Shown: positions 37,378 to 47,328 of the stretch, piece after piece
Layout: each line of letters opens with the position of its first letter
Position numbering within the stretch: position 1 is the first letter of the stretch
Assembly: GCA_018302785.1 (NCBI GenBank)
Contig: JAGVZF010000034.1
Coordinates: 1-57,417, forward strand
Source of the DNA: Candidatus Woesearchaeota archaeon
Lineage (GTDB): Archaea; Nanobdellota; Nanobdellia; SCGC-AAA011-G17; JAGVZF01
Direction: 5' to 3'
DNA length: 57,417 bases
Made by a program: the position numbers and the translations under genes
Notes under the pieces: generated by a model
The model's database searches: none
Told to the model about the DNA's origin: nothing
What the model saw: the letters and a program-made list of their open reading frames with translations, nothing else

Positions 37378-38229
37378 ATGGTTTTAGAATCTTTCATATC
37401 TCCTCTTAAAGCAGAAAACAAGCCTTGGATTATGCTCTTAATGGGATTTATTTATGCATTCGTTGCAGTTTTTCTAAGTTTATGGATTTTTAAGCAATAT
37501 TCTAGCTTAGTAATGGTATTCTTAACAGTTATAGCAGCAGTTCCATTAGTATATAGTACGCTTAAACTTGAAGAAGGAAAAGATACTGAAATTAAAAGTG
37601 AAATGTCTCTTTTAAAAGAGCATAGCAAGGCATTAAAATTCTTTATGTTTATGTTTATCGGCTTTGTTCTAGCTTTTGTACTTCTTTACATAATATTGCC
37701 ACCAAACTTAGTTCAGCTATTATTCAGTTCACAAACGGAAACTATAGATAATATAAATTCTAGAGTTTCTGGAAATGCAATAAGCACTTCAAATATATTT
37801 GCCCAAATATTTTTAAATAACATTAAAGTTTTAATGTTCTCCATATTCTTTGCATTTTTCTATGGAGCTGGTGCAATTTTTATTTTAGCCTGGAATGCTT
37901 CTGTTATTAGTGCGGCAATAGGAAATTTTATTAGAGACAAAATAGCAGAATACACAGCAAGTATTGGTTCTTTAAATTTATTCAATTATTTTTATCTATT
38001 TAATTTAGGTCTTTTAAGATATTTTATTCATGGGATTCCAGAAATTCTAGCTTATTTTATTGGAGCTCTTGCTGGTGGCATAATTAGCGTAGCAATGATA
38101 AATCACGATATAGAAAGCGAAAGGTTTAATAACATTATGTTAGACGCATTAGATTTAACAATGCTCGCTATCTTTATTCTATTTATAGCAGCGATAATTG
38201 AAGTATTTATAACACCAATTTTCTTTTAA
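37378..38229 (+). CDS. SpoIIM/DUF95-family membrane protein
   Basis: IFLNN..V, F.L.WNA, HGIPE..AY...A..G, AA.IE motifs. Confidence 0.85.
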   Translation: MVLESFISPLKAENKPWIMLLMGFIYAFVAVFLSLWIFKQYSSLVMVFLTVIAAVPLVYSTLKLEEGKDTEIKSEMSLLKEHSKALKFFMFMFIGFVLAFVLLYIILPPNLVQLLFSSQTETIDNINSRVSGNAISTSNIFAQIFLNNIKVLMFSIFFAFFYGAGAIFILAWNASVISAAIGNFIRDKIAEYTASIGSLNLFNYFYLFNLGLLRYFIHGIPEILAYFIGALAGGIISVAMINHDIESERFNNIMLDALDLTMLAIFILFIAAIIEVFITPIFF

Positions 38230-38230
38230 T

Positions 38231-40882
38231 ATGGAAGAAGAACTACAAAACAGGAAGAAAAAACTTTATTCAACAATAAAAAAAGGAAAGTTAATTTGGA
38301 TAGCTATTGCATTAATTCTTATTGCTTATTTTGGATTTTGGATAAGAACTCAAAATTTACCTTTACTTAAAGATGTAACTAATAACGAATATATCCCAAT
38401 GGAGCTTGATTCTTTTGTAATATTAAGATATGCAGAATATTATAATGAACACGGAAAACTAATGGAAAATGATAAAATGAGATATTATCCAACAGGTTTT
38501 GATCCTAGAAAAGAATTTTCATTTATGGCATGGTTTATCTCAACCTTATATAACATACTACACTTTTTTAATAAATCAATAACAATTCAATTAGCAGATG
38601 TTGTTTATCCCCCAGTAGCATTTGTTCTAGGCATAATATTCTTCTTTTTACTTGTAAATAGTCTTTTTAATTATAAAATAGCTCTAGTTGCATCTTATTT
38701 ACTAACAGTAAGCCCTATATTCTTACAAAGAACTATAGCAGGATTCTCAGACAAAGAAGCTATAGCAACAGCCATAATCTTCATGTCCCTTTATTTCTTT
38801 GTAATATCATGGAAAACAAATAAAGTTTGGAAAGTTATCTTATTTAGTTTTCTTTCAGGATTAACAACAGCAATGTCAATGCTAGCTTGGGGTGGGGGTA
38901 ATATAGTAACATTTATAATTGGTGCATTTATGTTAACAGAAGTTTTCTTAAATCAATTAAGCAAAAAAGATTTCTATAGAAACAGCATTTACTTTATAAC
39001 ATCTTTTACTATATTAAGTTTTATCACAAACAAATATCCAATAAAAGAACTAGCCTCTAGCTTAACTACAACAATCACAATATTCGGTTTTGTTGCAGGT
39101 ATTGTATATTACCTTATTTACTATAAAAATATATTTAAATTAAAAGATAAATTTGAAAATAAACTTCCTATTGGAGTAGTATCAATTATATTATCAGGAA
39201 TTTTAGGATTAATTGCAACAAGTATTTTAGTATCTCCTTTATTCTTAATAGATAAAATAAAAGATATAATACAATTAGCAGTAAATCCATTTGGAAGAAG
39301 TAGATGGGCACTAACAGTAGCAGAAAGTATGCAACCTTATTTTGTTGATTGGATTTCTAATATAGGAAAATTCTTTGTTTATATCTTTATATTCGGATCA
39401 ATTTTGTTATTTTATGAAACTGTAAAGAAATTAAAATACAAATATTATTTAACAATTGCATACACAATTTTCATTTTTGCATTTATAATGAGCAGATATT
39501 CAAATAGTTCTTTATTAAATGGAACAAATACAATATCAATAATTCTTTACTTAGGATCATTATTAGTATTTAGTTTACTAATTATTTATCTTTATATTAA
39601 ATCATTCTATAAAGACAAAGAAGAATACAATAAATTTGTTGCTATAGATAAAGTCCATTTATTTATGATTGTATGGTTTCTATTTATGGTTGTTGCAGCT
39701 AGAGGTGCTATAAGAGTTTTATATATCTTTGCACCTGTTATTGTTATATTATCTTCTTTCCTTATTGTTAGATCATTAGATTATTCATTATTACTAAAAA
39801 AGTTTTATTTAAAAATAATTGGAGTACTAATAATCATTCTTATTCTTTTTATACCAAATATTCAAGGAAATATATATGCTTATACAGTATCTACAGTAAA
39901 TCAGGCAAAATTCACAGGTCCATTATACCACCAACAATGGCAATTAACAGGACAATGGATTAGAGAAAATACTCCAGAAGATGCTGTATTTGCTCATTGG
40001 TGGGACTATGGTTATTGGGTCCAAGGAGGAGGTAAAAGAGCGACAATAACAGATGGAGGAAATGCAGTAGGTGCATTAAATTATTTTATGGGTAGATATG
40101 TTCTAATGGGGAACACAGAAGAAGAAGCTCTAAGATTTTTAAAGGCTAGAAACGCAACTCATCTATTAATTGTATCTGATGAAATAGGTAAATATCCAGC
40201 ATTTTCAGCAATAGGCTCAGATGAAAATTATGACAGATTTTCATGGTTATCTACTTTTGCGCTTGATCCTGCAAATACACAAGAAACTAGAGATAATATA
40301 GTTTTAATATACACTGGTAGTTATCCATTTGACGATGATTTTGTTTATAATGGAAAATTATTTCCAAGAAGATCCTCAGGAGTAGGTGCTATATTATTAC
40401 CAATAGCTAAAAAAGACAATAGTACGCAATTAGATCTTAATAATCTTGAAATTAGACAGCCAACTGCAGTTGTTATCTATAATGGCCAACAAACTAACAT
40501 TCCATTAGAATGTATATTTATAAAAGATAAAGAAATAGTTTTTAATGAAAAAGGAGTTTCAGGATGTCTTAGACTGATTCCAACTATAGATAGAAATGGT
40601 CAAACAAATCCAATTGGAGCAGGAATCTATGTTTCTCCAGATGTAAGAAAAACATTATTCACAAAGCTTTATCTTTATGGCTTAGAATCTCAATACTTTA
40701 AAGTTGCATATGATGACAGTTCTAGAATGCCTTTATCTGTATTTGATGGAAATTTAATAGGTCCAATGAAGATATGGGAAATAAGTTATCCTGAAAAACT
40801 AGATATCCCAGAATTTAAGTATTATATTGAAGATAGGCTTCCAGATCCGAATGTAACTAAAGTAAACCTAGATTTTTACTAA
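38231..40882 (+). CDS. aglB: Oligosaccharyltransferase AglB (STT3 family)
   Basis: ELD..V.LR, RT.AGFSDKE, W.G, TVAE, WWDYGYW, DGGN, DEIGK motifs; multi-TM N-terminal region. Confidence 0.97.
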   Translation: MEEELQNRKKKLYSTIKKGKLIWIAIALILIAYFGFWIRTQNLPLLKDVTNNEYIPMELDSFVILRYAEYYNEHGKLMENDKMRYYPTGFDPRKEFSFMAWFISTLYNILHFFNKSITIQLADVVYPPVAFVLGIIFFFLLVNSLFNYKIALVASYLLTVSPIFLQRTIAGFSDKEAIATAIIFMSLYFFVISWKTNKVWKVILFSFLSGLTTAMSMLAWGGGNIVTFIIGAFMLTEVFLNQLSKKDFYRNSIYFITSFTILSFITNKYPIKELASSLTTTITIFGFVAGIVYYLIYYKNIFKLKDKFENKLPIGVVSIILSGILGLIATSILVSPLFLIDKIKDIIQLAVNPFGRSRWALTVAESMQPYFVDWISNIGKFFVYIFIFGSILLFYETVKKLKYKYYLTIAYTIFIFAFIMSRYSNSSLLNGTNTISIILYLGSLLVFSLLIIYLYIKSFYKDKEEYNKFVAIDKVHLFMIVWFLFMVVAARGAIRVLYIFAPVIVILSSFLIVRSLDYSLLLKKFYLKIIGVLIIILILFIPNIQGNIYAYTVSTVNQAKFTGPLYHQQWQLTGQWIRENTPEDAVFAHWWDYGYWVQGGGKRATITDGGNAVGALNYFMGRYVLMGNTEEEALRFLKARNATHLLIVSDEIGKYPAFSAIGSDENYDRFSWLSTFALDPANTQETRDNIVLIYTGSYPFDDDFVYNGKLFPRRSSGVGAILLPIAKKDNSTQLDLNNLEIRQPTAVVIYNGQQTNIPLECIFIKDKEIVFNEKGVSGCLRLIPTIDRNGQTNPIGAGIYVSPDVRKTLFTKLYLYGLESQYFKVAYDDSSRMPLSVFDGNLIGPMKIWEISYPEKLDIPEFKYYIEDRLPDPNVTKVNLDFY

Positions 40883-40920
40883 ATTGATAGCTTTTTAAAT
40901 TTTTTAGTTATCTAAATATT

Positions 40921-41946
40921 ATGATAAGAAAGATTAGAGATATTTCTAGAAAATATGCATTATGGGTAGATTATATATTCTATTTAATATTTAGTCCATT
41001 TAAATTTAAGAAATTTCCAATTAATATAAAGAAAATTCTAGTTGTTGAAGATCTTTCTATAGGAGATATATTAGTTGTAGTGCCTACATTAAGAGCATTA
41101 AAGGCAAAATTTGGTGCTCAAATTGACATAAAAGTAAGTCCAAATATGAAAGAAGTAGCAGAATCCCTTCCTTATGTAAATAAAATAATTACAAATTTTG
41201 ACATAGATAAAGATTATGATCTGGGAATTATTCTTCACTCAGGATCATTTAAAAACAGCTATAATTTACTAAGAAATAAAGTAAAATATAGAATTGGTTG
41301 TACAAAAGTTGGAGTTTTAACACCAAAAGGTTTTTTCTTAAATAAAAAAATCATGCCTAATACCAAAGAACAACATAAAATAGAAGATAACTTAGATGTA
41401 ATAAGGCCTATTAAGGTAGATACACAAAATAAATCACTTGAAATAATTACTGATAAAGAAATAGATAAAAAAATAATCTCGTTATTTAAGCAAAACAAAT
41501 TAAATAAATTTAAAGTTGTTATTCACCCAGGTGCTAATTACAAGTCGCATGAATGGGTTCCAGAAAGATATATTAAAGTAATACAATTTTTAATAGATAA
41601 TTACGACGCAAGCATAATAATTACAGGAAGTAACAAAGATAAAAATATTTTAGAATATATTTTGAAGCAATTTAATAATCCAATATTAGATTTATGTGGA
41701 AAAACAAACATTAAAGAATTTTTCTCAATAATAAAAAATTCTGATTTAGTAATTAGTGTAGATACAAGTGCTATGCATATAGCAGCAGCTTTTAACAAAC
41801 CAATTATAGCCATATTTGGAGATGGTTATCCAAAAATGTGGTATCCATACACAGAAAATAAAGTTATTTTATTCAAAGATTATTCAACTAAAAATATTTA
41901 TGAGGAAGATGTTATTGAGGCAATACAAAAATTAATAAAAAAATGA
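40921..41946 (+). CDS. Glycosyltransferase family 9 (heptosyltransferase-like)
   Basis: IGD.L...P.LRALK, RIG, HPGA....W..E, DL.GKT, S.DT..MHIAAA..KP motifs. Confidence 0.93.
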   Translation: MIRKIRDISRKYALWVDYIFYLIFSPFKFKKFPINIKKILVVEDLSIGDILVVVPTLRALKAKFGAQIDIKVSPNMKEVAESLPYVNKIITNFDIDKDYDLGIILHSGSFKNSYNLLRNKVKYRIGCTKVGVLTPKGFFLNKKIMPNTKEQHKIEDNLDVIRPIKVDTQNKSLEIITDKEIDKKIISLFKQNKLNKFKVVIHPGANYKSHEWVPERYIKVIQFLIDNYDASIIITGSNKDKNILEYILKQFNNPILDLCGKTNIKEFFSIIKNSDLVISVDTSAMHIAAAFNKPIIAIFGDGYPKMWYPYTENKVILFKDYSTKNIYEEDVIEAIQKLIKK

Positions 41947-43070
41947 GAATATTATATATAACCCCATATTTCTATCCTGTAAAGGGTGGAGCTGAAAATG
42001 TTCTTTTCCATATAGCTAAAGAACTAGTTAAAAAAGGGCACGAAGTTAAAGTACTAACATCTGACTTAGATAGGGATAAAAGAATACAAAAAAAAGTTGA
42101 AACCATTGAAGGAATAAAAATAAAAAGATTAAAAACTTATTTTAAATTAGGTAATTTTGTTGCCTTCTTTCCTTCAGTTTTTAAAGAAGCACTAAATGAA
42201 GATTTTGATATAGTCCATATTCATGGTTATAGACACCCACATAATCTACTAGTCTTCTTAATAAAAAAACCAAAATTAATTACAGCACACTGGCCAGAAT
42301 ATCCTATAAAAATAAGGGGACTTATCTTAGGAATTGCAGCAGAATTATTTGATTTAATCCTAGGAAGAGCAATACTAAATTCTTGTAAGTTTGTATGTGC
42401 AGATACAGTTCCAGAAGCAAAATGGTATCAAAAAAAATTCAATTTAAGTTATAATAAAATAGCTTTAGTCCCACTAGCGATTCCTAATGAGTATTTAAAA
42501 ATTAGAAATCCAAGTATATTTAGAAAAAAATTAGAAATTAGAAATAACGAAATAATTGTATCCTCACTTTCAAGATTACATAAAAGTAAAGGATTAGACT
42601 TATTAATAAAAGCAGCTAAATACTTTCCAGATGTTAAATTTATTATTGCTGGAGCTAATGCAGGTTATGAAAAAGAACTTTTTAACTTAATCTCAAAATT
42701 AAAACTAAATAATGTAACAATAATACAAAATTTAAATGATGAAGAAAAATTACAACTCTTAAGTTCCTCAGATATTTTTGTGCACCCTAGTTATTATGAT
42801 GCTTTTGGCATATCTATACTAGAAGCATTCTCTCAAAATAATGCAATAATTGCCTCACATACAGGAGGAGTACCTTGGGTTGTAGGAAATTCAGGATTTA
42901 CATTTAAAGTAGGAAGTGTAAAAGATCTTAAATCTAAACTTGAAATTCTTATTAATAACAAAAGACTTAGATTAAATCTTGCAGAGAAAGGAAGAAAACG
43001 AGTAAAAAATTTTATTTGGGGCAAAGCAGTTGAAAATCAGGAAATCCTTTACAAGAAATCTATTAAATAA
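41943..43070 (+). CDS. Glycosyltransferase family 4
   Basis: P..GGAE, SRL..SKG, PS.YDAFGISILEA. Confidence 0.93.
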   Translation: MRILYITPYFYPVKGGAENVLFHIAKELVKKGHEVKVLTSDLDRDKRIQKKVETIEGIKIKRLKTYFKLGNFVAFFPSVFKEALNEDFDIVHIHGYRHPHNLLVFLIKKPKLITAHWPEYPIKIRGLILGIAAELFDLILGRAILNSCKFVCADTVPEAKWYQKKFNLSYNKIALVPLAIPNEYLKIRNPSIFRKKLEIRNNEIIVSSLSRLHKSKGLDLLIKAAKYFPDVKFIIAGANAGYEKELFNLISKLKLNNVTIIQNLNDEEKLQLLSSSDIFVHPSYYDAFGISILEAFSQNNAIIASHTGGVPWVVGNSGFTFKVGSVKDLKSKLEILINNKRLRLNLAEKGRKRVKNFIWGKAVENQEILYKKSIK

Positions 43071-43072
43071 AT

Positions 43073-44197
43073 TTATCCGGAAGCATGATCTACCTTGATA
43101 TCTTTAAATCCTAATCCGGTGGTCTCGGCAATATGATTCTTAATGTTAACTCTTTGCTTATTTAACTCACGTATTGCTATAGCCCTTCTACCAACTTCCT
43201 CAAGACCAAGTTTACCTTCTTTTCCACTTCTTATATCAAATTCCAAGTCCCAAATACCTTTATTAACACTATAAAGATCACTAAACCAATTAGGTTTAAT
43301 TTCAACGCCACTCTTTTGATATTCATTTAGAGCAAAAGTGTAAGAATCATACTCTTTTTTTAATGATTCATCCCCTAGCCTCTCTATTTTCAATTTTAAT
43401 ATAGACAACCGATCTATGATGTCTGATAAAGGCACCTTAACAAACTTATCTGGAGCATGAATAAATCTTCCAAAAGTAAATATGCCTTGAACTCTATTTA
43501 AAGACACTAAGCCAGGAATTAAATCATCCTCAATACTAGATGTCTTTTCATGAAAATAATCAAAAATTTCGTAATTAAAAAGGTAAACACCAGCATTAAT
43601 TATATTAGATCCTGTTACTAAACCTCTTCTAAAGTCTACAATTATCCTTCCATCTAAGACCACATTTGTAGCATTAGGAGATTCAGTTGATGTAATCAGC
43701 CCAACAGTTGCTAAATAATCATCCCTGATATGTTCTTTTAACATATTTTTTAAGTTAAAGTTATTAAAAGTATCTGCATTCATCACTAAAAAGGTGTTTT
43801 TAAGTTGGTCTTTCACTAATAATAAGGCCAACGCTGTGCCTTTACTGTCTTTTTCATCAATTAATTGTAATTTAGAGCTGTTTTGTATATTAGCAGTTGA
43901 CTCAATTAAAGAATCATTTAATTTAGTCACTAGATACACTTCATTAATACCATTTGAAGTAAGAAATTTTAAATTATGCTCAATTAAAGTCATATCTCCA
44001 AATTTTTGGAATAAAAATTTTTGGTGTTGCTCTTTTATAAGTAAAACTGCTTGGGACAAAGGAGAATATTTGACAGCTTTATTTAAAAGCATGCCTATAG
44101 CATGAGATCTTGACGAAATATTCTCTTTTTCCATAAAATTATCTATACAATCTAATAAATATTGGTCCATAGATATAGCTATTTTCACCTTTTTCAT
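43073..44197 (-). CDS. Fusion of ribbon-helix-helix (CopG/NikR-type), degenerate sugar-phosphate nucleotidyltransferase and DUF6165/DUF4254-like helical domain; putative regulator
   Basis: KVKIAISMD..LL..ID.......SRS.AI..LL; GTA.AL...FLVMNAD...INAGVY.F but no GGxGxR loop; SDIIDRLSIL.LK...N..IWDLE..IR...N.QR..IKN.I. Confidence 0.75.
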   Translation of the reverse strand: MKKVKIAISMDQYLLDCIDNFMEKENISSRSHAIGMLLNKAVKYSPLSQAVLLIKEQHQKFLFQKFGDMTLIEHNLKFLTSNGINEVYLVTKLNDSLIESTANIQNSSKLQLIDEKDSKGTALALLLVKDQLKNTFLVMNADTFNNFNLKNMLKEHIRDDYLATVGLITSTESPNATNVVLDGRIIVDFRRGLVTGSNIINAGVYLFNYEIFDYFHEKTSSIEDDLIPGLVSLNRVQGIFTFGRFIHAPDKFVKVPLSDIIDRLSILKLKIERLGDESLKKEYDSYTFALNEYQKSGVEIKPNWFSDLYSVNKGIWDLEFDIRSGKEGKLGLEEVGRRAIAIRELNKQRVNIKNHIAETTGLGFKDIKVDHASG

Positions 44198-44213
44198 TTT
44201 AATAATTATTAAA
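44198..44213. promoter_or_regulatory. Perfect 16-bp palindrome TTTAATAATTATTAAA next to the RHH-fusion start codon; candidate operator
   Basis: Read directly; lies between a minus-strand TATA-like element (about 44221-44234) and ATG 44197. AT-only, so chance occurrence is possible. Confidence 0.35.
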
Positions 44214-44272
44214 GTATTAACTTATAACAATTTCTATTATTTAAAAACAAATTTTAACTATATAAAAACAAC

Positions 44273-44287
44273 AAAAGATTTATAAAT
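44273..44287 (+). promoter_or_regulatory. BRE/TATA promoter for the gene at 44326
   Basis: AAAAGATTTATAAAT. Confidence 0.55.
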
Positions 44288-44325
44288 TATAAGGTAGGAA
44301 TTATTCATACCAACAGAAGTTAACC

Positions 44326-45705
44326 ATGAAAACACTATTTATATATTGGAAACACCCAATAGAGCCTTTAGGTATTATGTATTTATCTGCAGCCCTTAAA
44401 GAAGCAGGACACAAAACCAAACTAGTTGCAATTGGTAAAGATAACATAGAAGAAGTAGTAATGTCATTTAAACCAGATATTATTGCTGCCAGTATTATGA
44501 CTGGGAGCCAAGGAGAATTCATTAATCTAATTAATTCATTAAAAAAAAAGCATGATTTCTTTGCAGTAATGGGGGGTATACATCCTACTTTCTATCCAGA
44601 TGAAATAAAAGCAGAAGGTCTAGACTGTGTTATTCTTGGGGAAGCAGAAGAAGCATTAGTTGAATTAGCTAATAGCATTGAAAATAAAGAAAACCTCACA
44701 AAAATACCAAATATTTGGGTAAAAATAAAAGGCAAAGTATTCAAAAATGAGAAAAGGCCTCTTGAACAACATTTAGACAAATTACCTTTTGCTGATAGAG
44801 AAATTGTTTATGAACATGAATATTGGAAAAGTCAACCAATAAGACATTTTATAGCAGGAAGAGGTTGTCCATACAAATGCACATATTGTTTTAATCACGC
44901 GATGGTAAAAGAATATAAAGGAAATGGTAATTGGGTGAGATGGAGATCTGTTGATAAAGTAATTGAAGAAATTAAAGACGTACTAGAAAAATATGGTGGG
45001 GAAATGGTTTACTTTCAAGATGATACTTTTATATTAAATAGACAATGGCTGAATGAATTTTGCGAAAAATATCCAAAATCCATTAATAAACCGTTTCATT
45101 GTCATATAAGAGCCAATTTAGTAGATGAAGATATGGCAAAAAACCTTGGAAAAGCAGGTTGTTACTCAGTACATATGGCAATAGAAGCAGGCAATGATCA
45201 TATTAGAAATGACATATTAAAGAGAGAAATGTCAGATGAACAAATATTAAATGCTGCAAAATTCTTAAGAAAATATCAAATAAGAATTATGATGCAAAAC
45301 ATGATAGGATTGCCAACAGGTTCATTCAAAAATGATTTAGAAACCCTAAAAATAAATATGAAATGCAAGCCTACGTATGCATGGTGTTCAATATTCCAAC
45401 CATATCCAGGACTAGAATTAACAGAATTTGCAGCAGGAAAAAAATTATTAGAAGGAGACTATAAAGATATTACAACAAAATTCTTTGAAACAACAATTTT
45501 GAAAACTTACGATAAAAAGAAAGTATCAAACCTCCAAAAATGGTTTGCAATATGCGTTGATTTCCCCTTGATATATTATACAGGATTACTTCACTTGTTT
45601 GTAAATATGCCACGAAACAACTATACTCAAAAATTCTTTAACTGGGCATATGAAAAACATAGAAGTTGGAGAGATAATCACTTGTATGGCCTAAAACTAA
45701 ACTAG
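44326..45705 (+). CDS. B12-binding-domain radical SAM protein (class B-like)
   Basis: PLG.MYLSA.LK, GG.HPT, GEAE, RGCPYKCTYC, FQDDTF, IEAG, PYPG motifs. Confidence 0.93.
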   Translation: MKTLFIYWKHPIEPLGIMYLSAALKEAGHKTKLVAIGKDNIEEVVMSFKPDIIAASIMTGSQGEFINLINSLKKKHDFFAVMGGIHPTFYPDEIKAEGLDCVILGEAEEALVELANSIENKENLTKIPNIWVKIKGKVFKNEKRPLEQHLDKLPFADREIVYEHEYWKSQPIRHFIAGRGCPYKCTYCFNHAMVKEYKGNGNWVRWRSVDKVIEEIKDVLEKYGGEMVYFQDDTFILNRQWLNEFCEKYPKSINKPFHCHIRANLVDEDMAKNLGKAGCYSVHMAIEAGNDHIRNDILKREMSDEQILNAAKFLRKYQIRIMMQNMIGLPTGSFKNDLETLKINMKCKPTYAWCSIFQPYPGLELTEFAAGKKLLEGDYKDITTKFFETTILKTYDKKKVSNLQKWFAICVDFPLIYYTGLLHLFVNMPRNNYTQKFFNWAYEKHRSWRDNHLYGLKLN

Positions 45706-45738
45706 TAGTTTTATAAATTTTACCTCTATTAAATAACT

Positions 45739-46635
45739 ATGATATCTATTATAATTACTTCTTATAAAGAGCCCCACACAGTAGGAAGGGCAATTGAAGC
45801 TATTATAAATCAAAACATTAAAGAAAAATATGAATTGATTTGTGCATCTCCAGATGAAGAAACAGCAAAAGTTGTTAAGACATACTCAAAATTAGATAGT
45901 AGAATTAAGTATTTTAAAGATCCTGGCAAAGGAAAAATGTTAGCACTCAACTTGCTTTTTAAAAAAATAAAAAGCGATATTATCATTTTAACTGACGGTG
46001 ACGTTTATCTATCTAATAATAGCGTTAGTGAAATAATTAAAGCATTTAGTAATAAAAGCGTTGGCTGTGTTGCAGGCAGGCCAGTTTCAATTGACAATAA
46101 AAAACAACTACTAGGATATTGGAGCCATTTGCTTACTCATGGTGCTCATTTAGCAAGATTAAAGAGGCATAAAAACTCCCAGTATTTCACTTGTTCTGGA
46201 TATCTTTTTGGATTTAGAAATGGGCTAATTAAAGAATTTCCAAGAAGTGTACCAGAAGACGCTGTAATACCATATATAGTACTTAAGAAAGGATACAAAT
46301 TGTCATACGCCCAAGAAGCAAAGGTCTTTGTAAGTTATCCAAAAAACATAATAGATTGGATTAAACAAAAGAAGAGAATTAATAAGGCATATCACAATAT
46401 CTATAGCATGATTATAGAAGGTGATAAAATTCCAAAAATGAAATCTATGAGAAATGAAATTATAGAAGGCACTATTATTGCTTTAAGTTATCCAAAAAAC
46501 ATAAGAGAATTTTTTTACACTTTAGCTTTATTTCCATTTAGACTTTTCGTGTGGTCCCAGTCTTTTTTTGATCATTATATTATTAGCAAAAAACACACAG
46601 ATGCTTGGGACCAAATAAAAAGCACCAAAACCTGA
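45739..46635 (+). CDS. Glycosyltransferase family 2
   Basis: ISIII..Y.E, GK..ALN, TDGD, ED, Q.KR motifs. Confidence 0.9.
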   Translation: MISIIITSYKEPHTVGRAIEAIINQNIKEKYELICASPDEETAKVVKTYSKLDSRIKYFKDPGKGKMLALNLLFKKIKSDIIILTDGDVYLSNNSVSEIIKAFSNKSVGCVAGRPVSIDNKKQLLGYWSHLLTHGAHLARLKRHKNSQYFTCSGYLFGFRNGLIKEFPRSVPEDAVIPYIVLKKGYKLSYAQEAKVFVSYPKNIIDWIKQKKRINKAYHNIYSMIIEGDKIPKMKSMRNEIIEGTIIALSYPKNIREFFYTLALFPFRLFVWSQSFFDHYIISKKHTDAWDQIKSTKT

Positions 46636-46681
46636 TAACAGCAAAAGAAAAATTTGTTTATATATATTTTAAATAGAAATA

Positions 46682-47287
46682 ATGGAAAATTCTGAAGAAA
46701 CAAACATACTTGAGAAGTACATAGATAATGTAGGGACAATTTTACAAGAATTAAAAAAATACAATAACGAAGTAAATCAAGCATCTGACAAAATAATACA
46801 TGCCTTAGAGAAAGGCAACAAGGTATTTATTTGTGGTAATGGGGGGAGCAATTGTGACACGCAACACATATCAGCAGAACTTACAGGTAGATTTCTAGAT
46901 GGTAGAGAAAGAAAAGGACTAGCTGCAATTGCCCTACCAACTTCTCTAGCAGCAGTTACAGCCATAGCAAATGATTATGGTTATGAATTTGTTTTTGAAA
47001 GAGAACTTCAATCTCTCTCCAATCCAGGAGATATTTTAATTGGTATATCAACAAGCGGAAATTCTACAAATGTCCTTAATGCAATAAAATATGCTAAAAA
47101 TAATAACATATATGTAATAAGTATCTTAGGTAAAACTGGGGGTAAAATAAAAGGACTTTCAGATATAGAATTTGTTGTTCCATCAAAAGAAACAGGTGTT
47201 ATTCAAATAGTACACTCAATTATATATCATGCTATATGCGATAAAATAGATGAATATTTCGTTAATAAAAATCAACCTAAGCAATAG
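46682..47287 (+). CDS. gmhA: Phosphoheptose isomerase (SIS domain)
   Basis: CGNGGS..D.QH..AEL.GRF, TA.ANDYGY..VF.R, STSGNS, IQ..H motifs. Confidence 0.93.
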   Translation: MENSEETNILEKYIDNVGTILQELKKYNNEVNQASDKIIHALEKGNKVFICGNGGSNCDTQHISAELTGRFLDGRERKGLAAIALPTSLAAVTAIANDYGYEFVFERELQSLSNPGDILIGISTSGNSTNVLNAIKYAKNNNIYVISILGKTGGKIKGLSDIEFVVPSKETGVIQIVHSIIYHAICDKIDEYFVNKNQPKQ

Positions 47288-47328
47288 ATTTATAAGTATT
47301 TTTCTAACAACTATTATCGAAGATAAGA

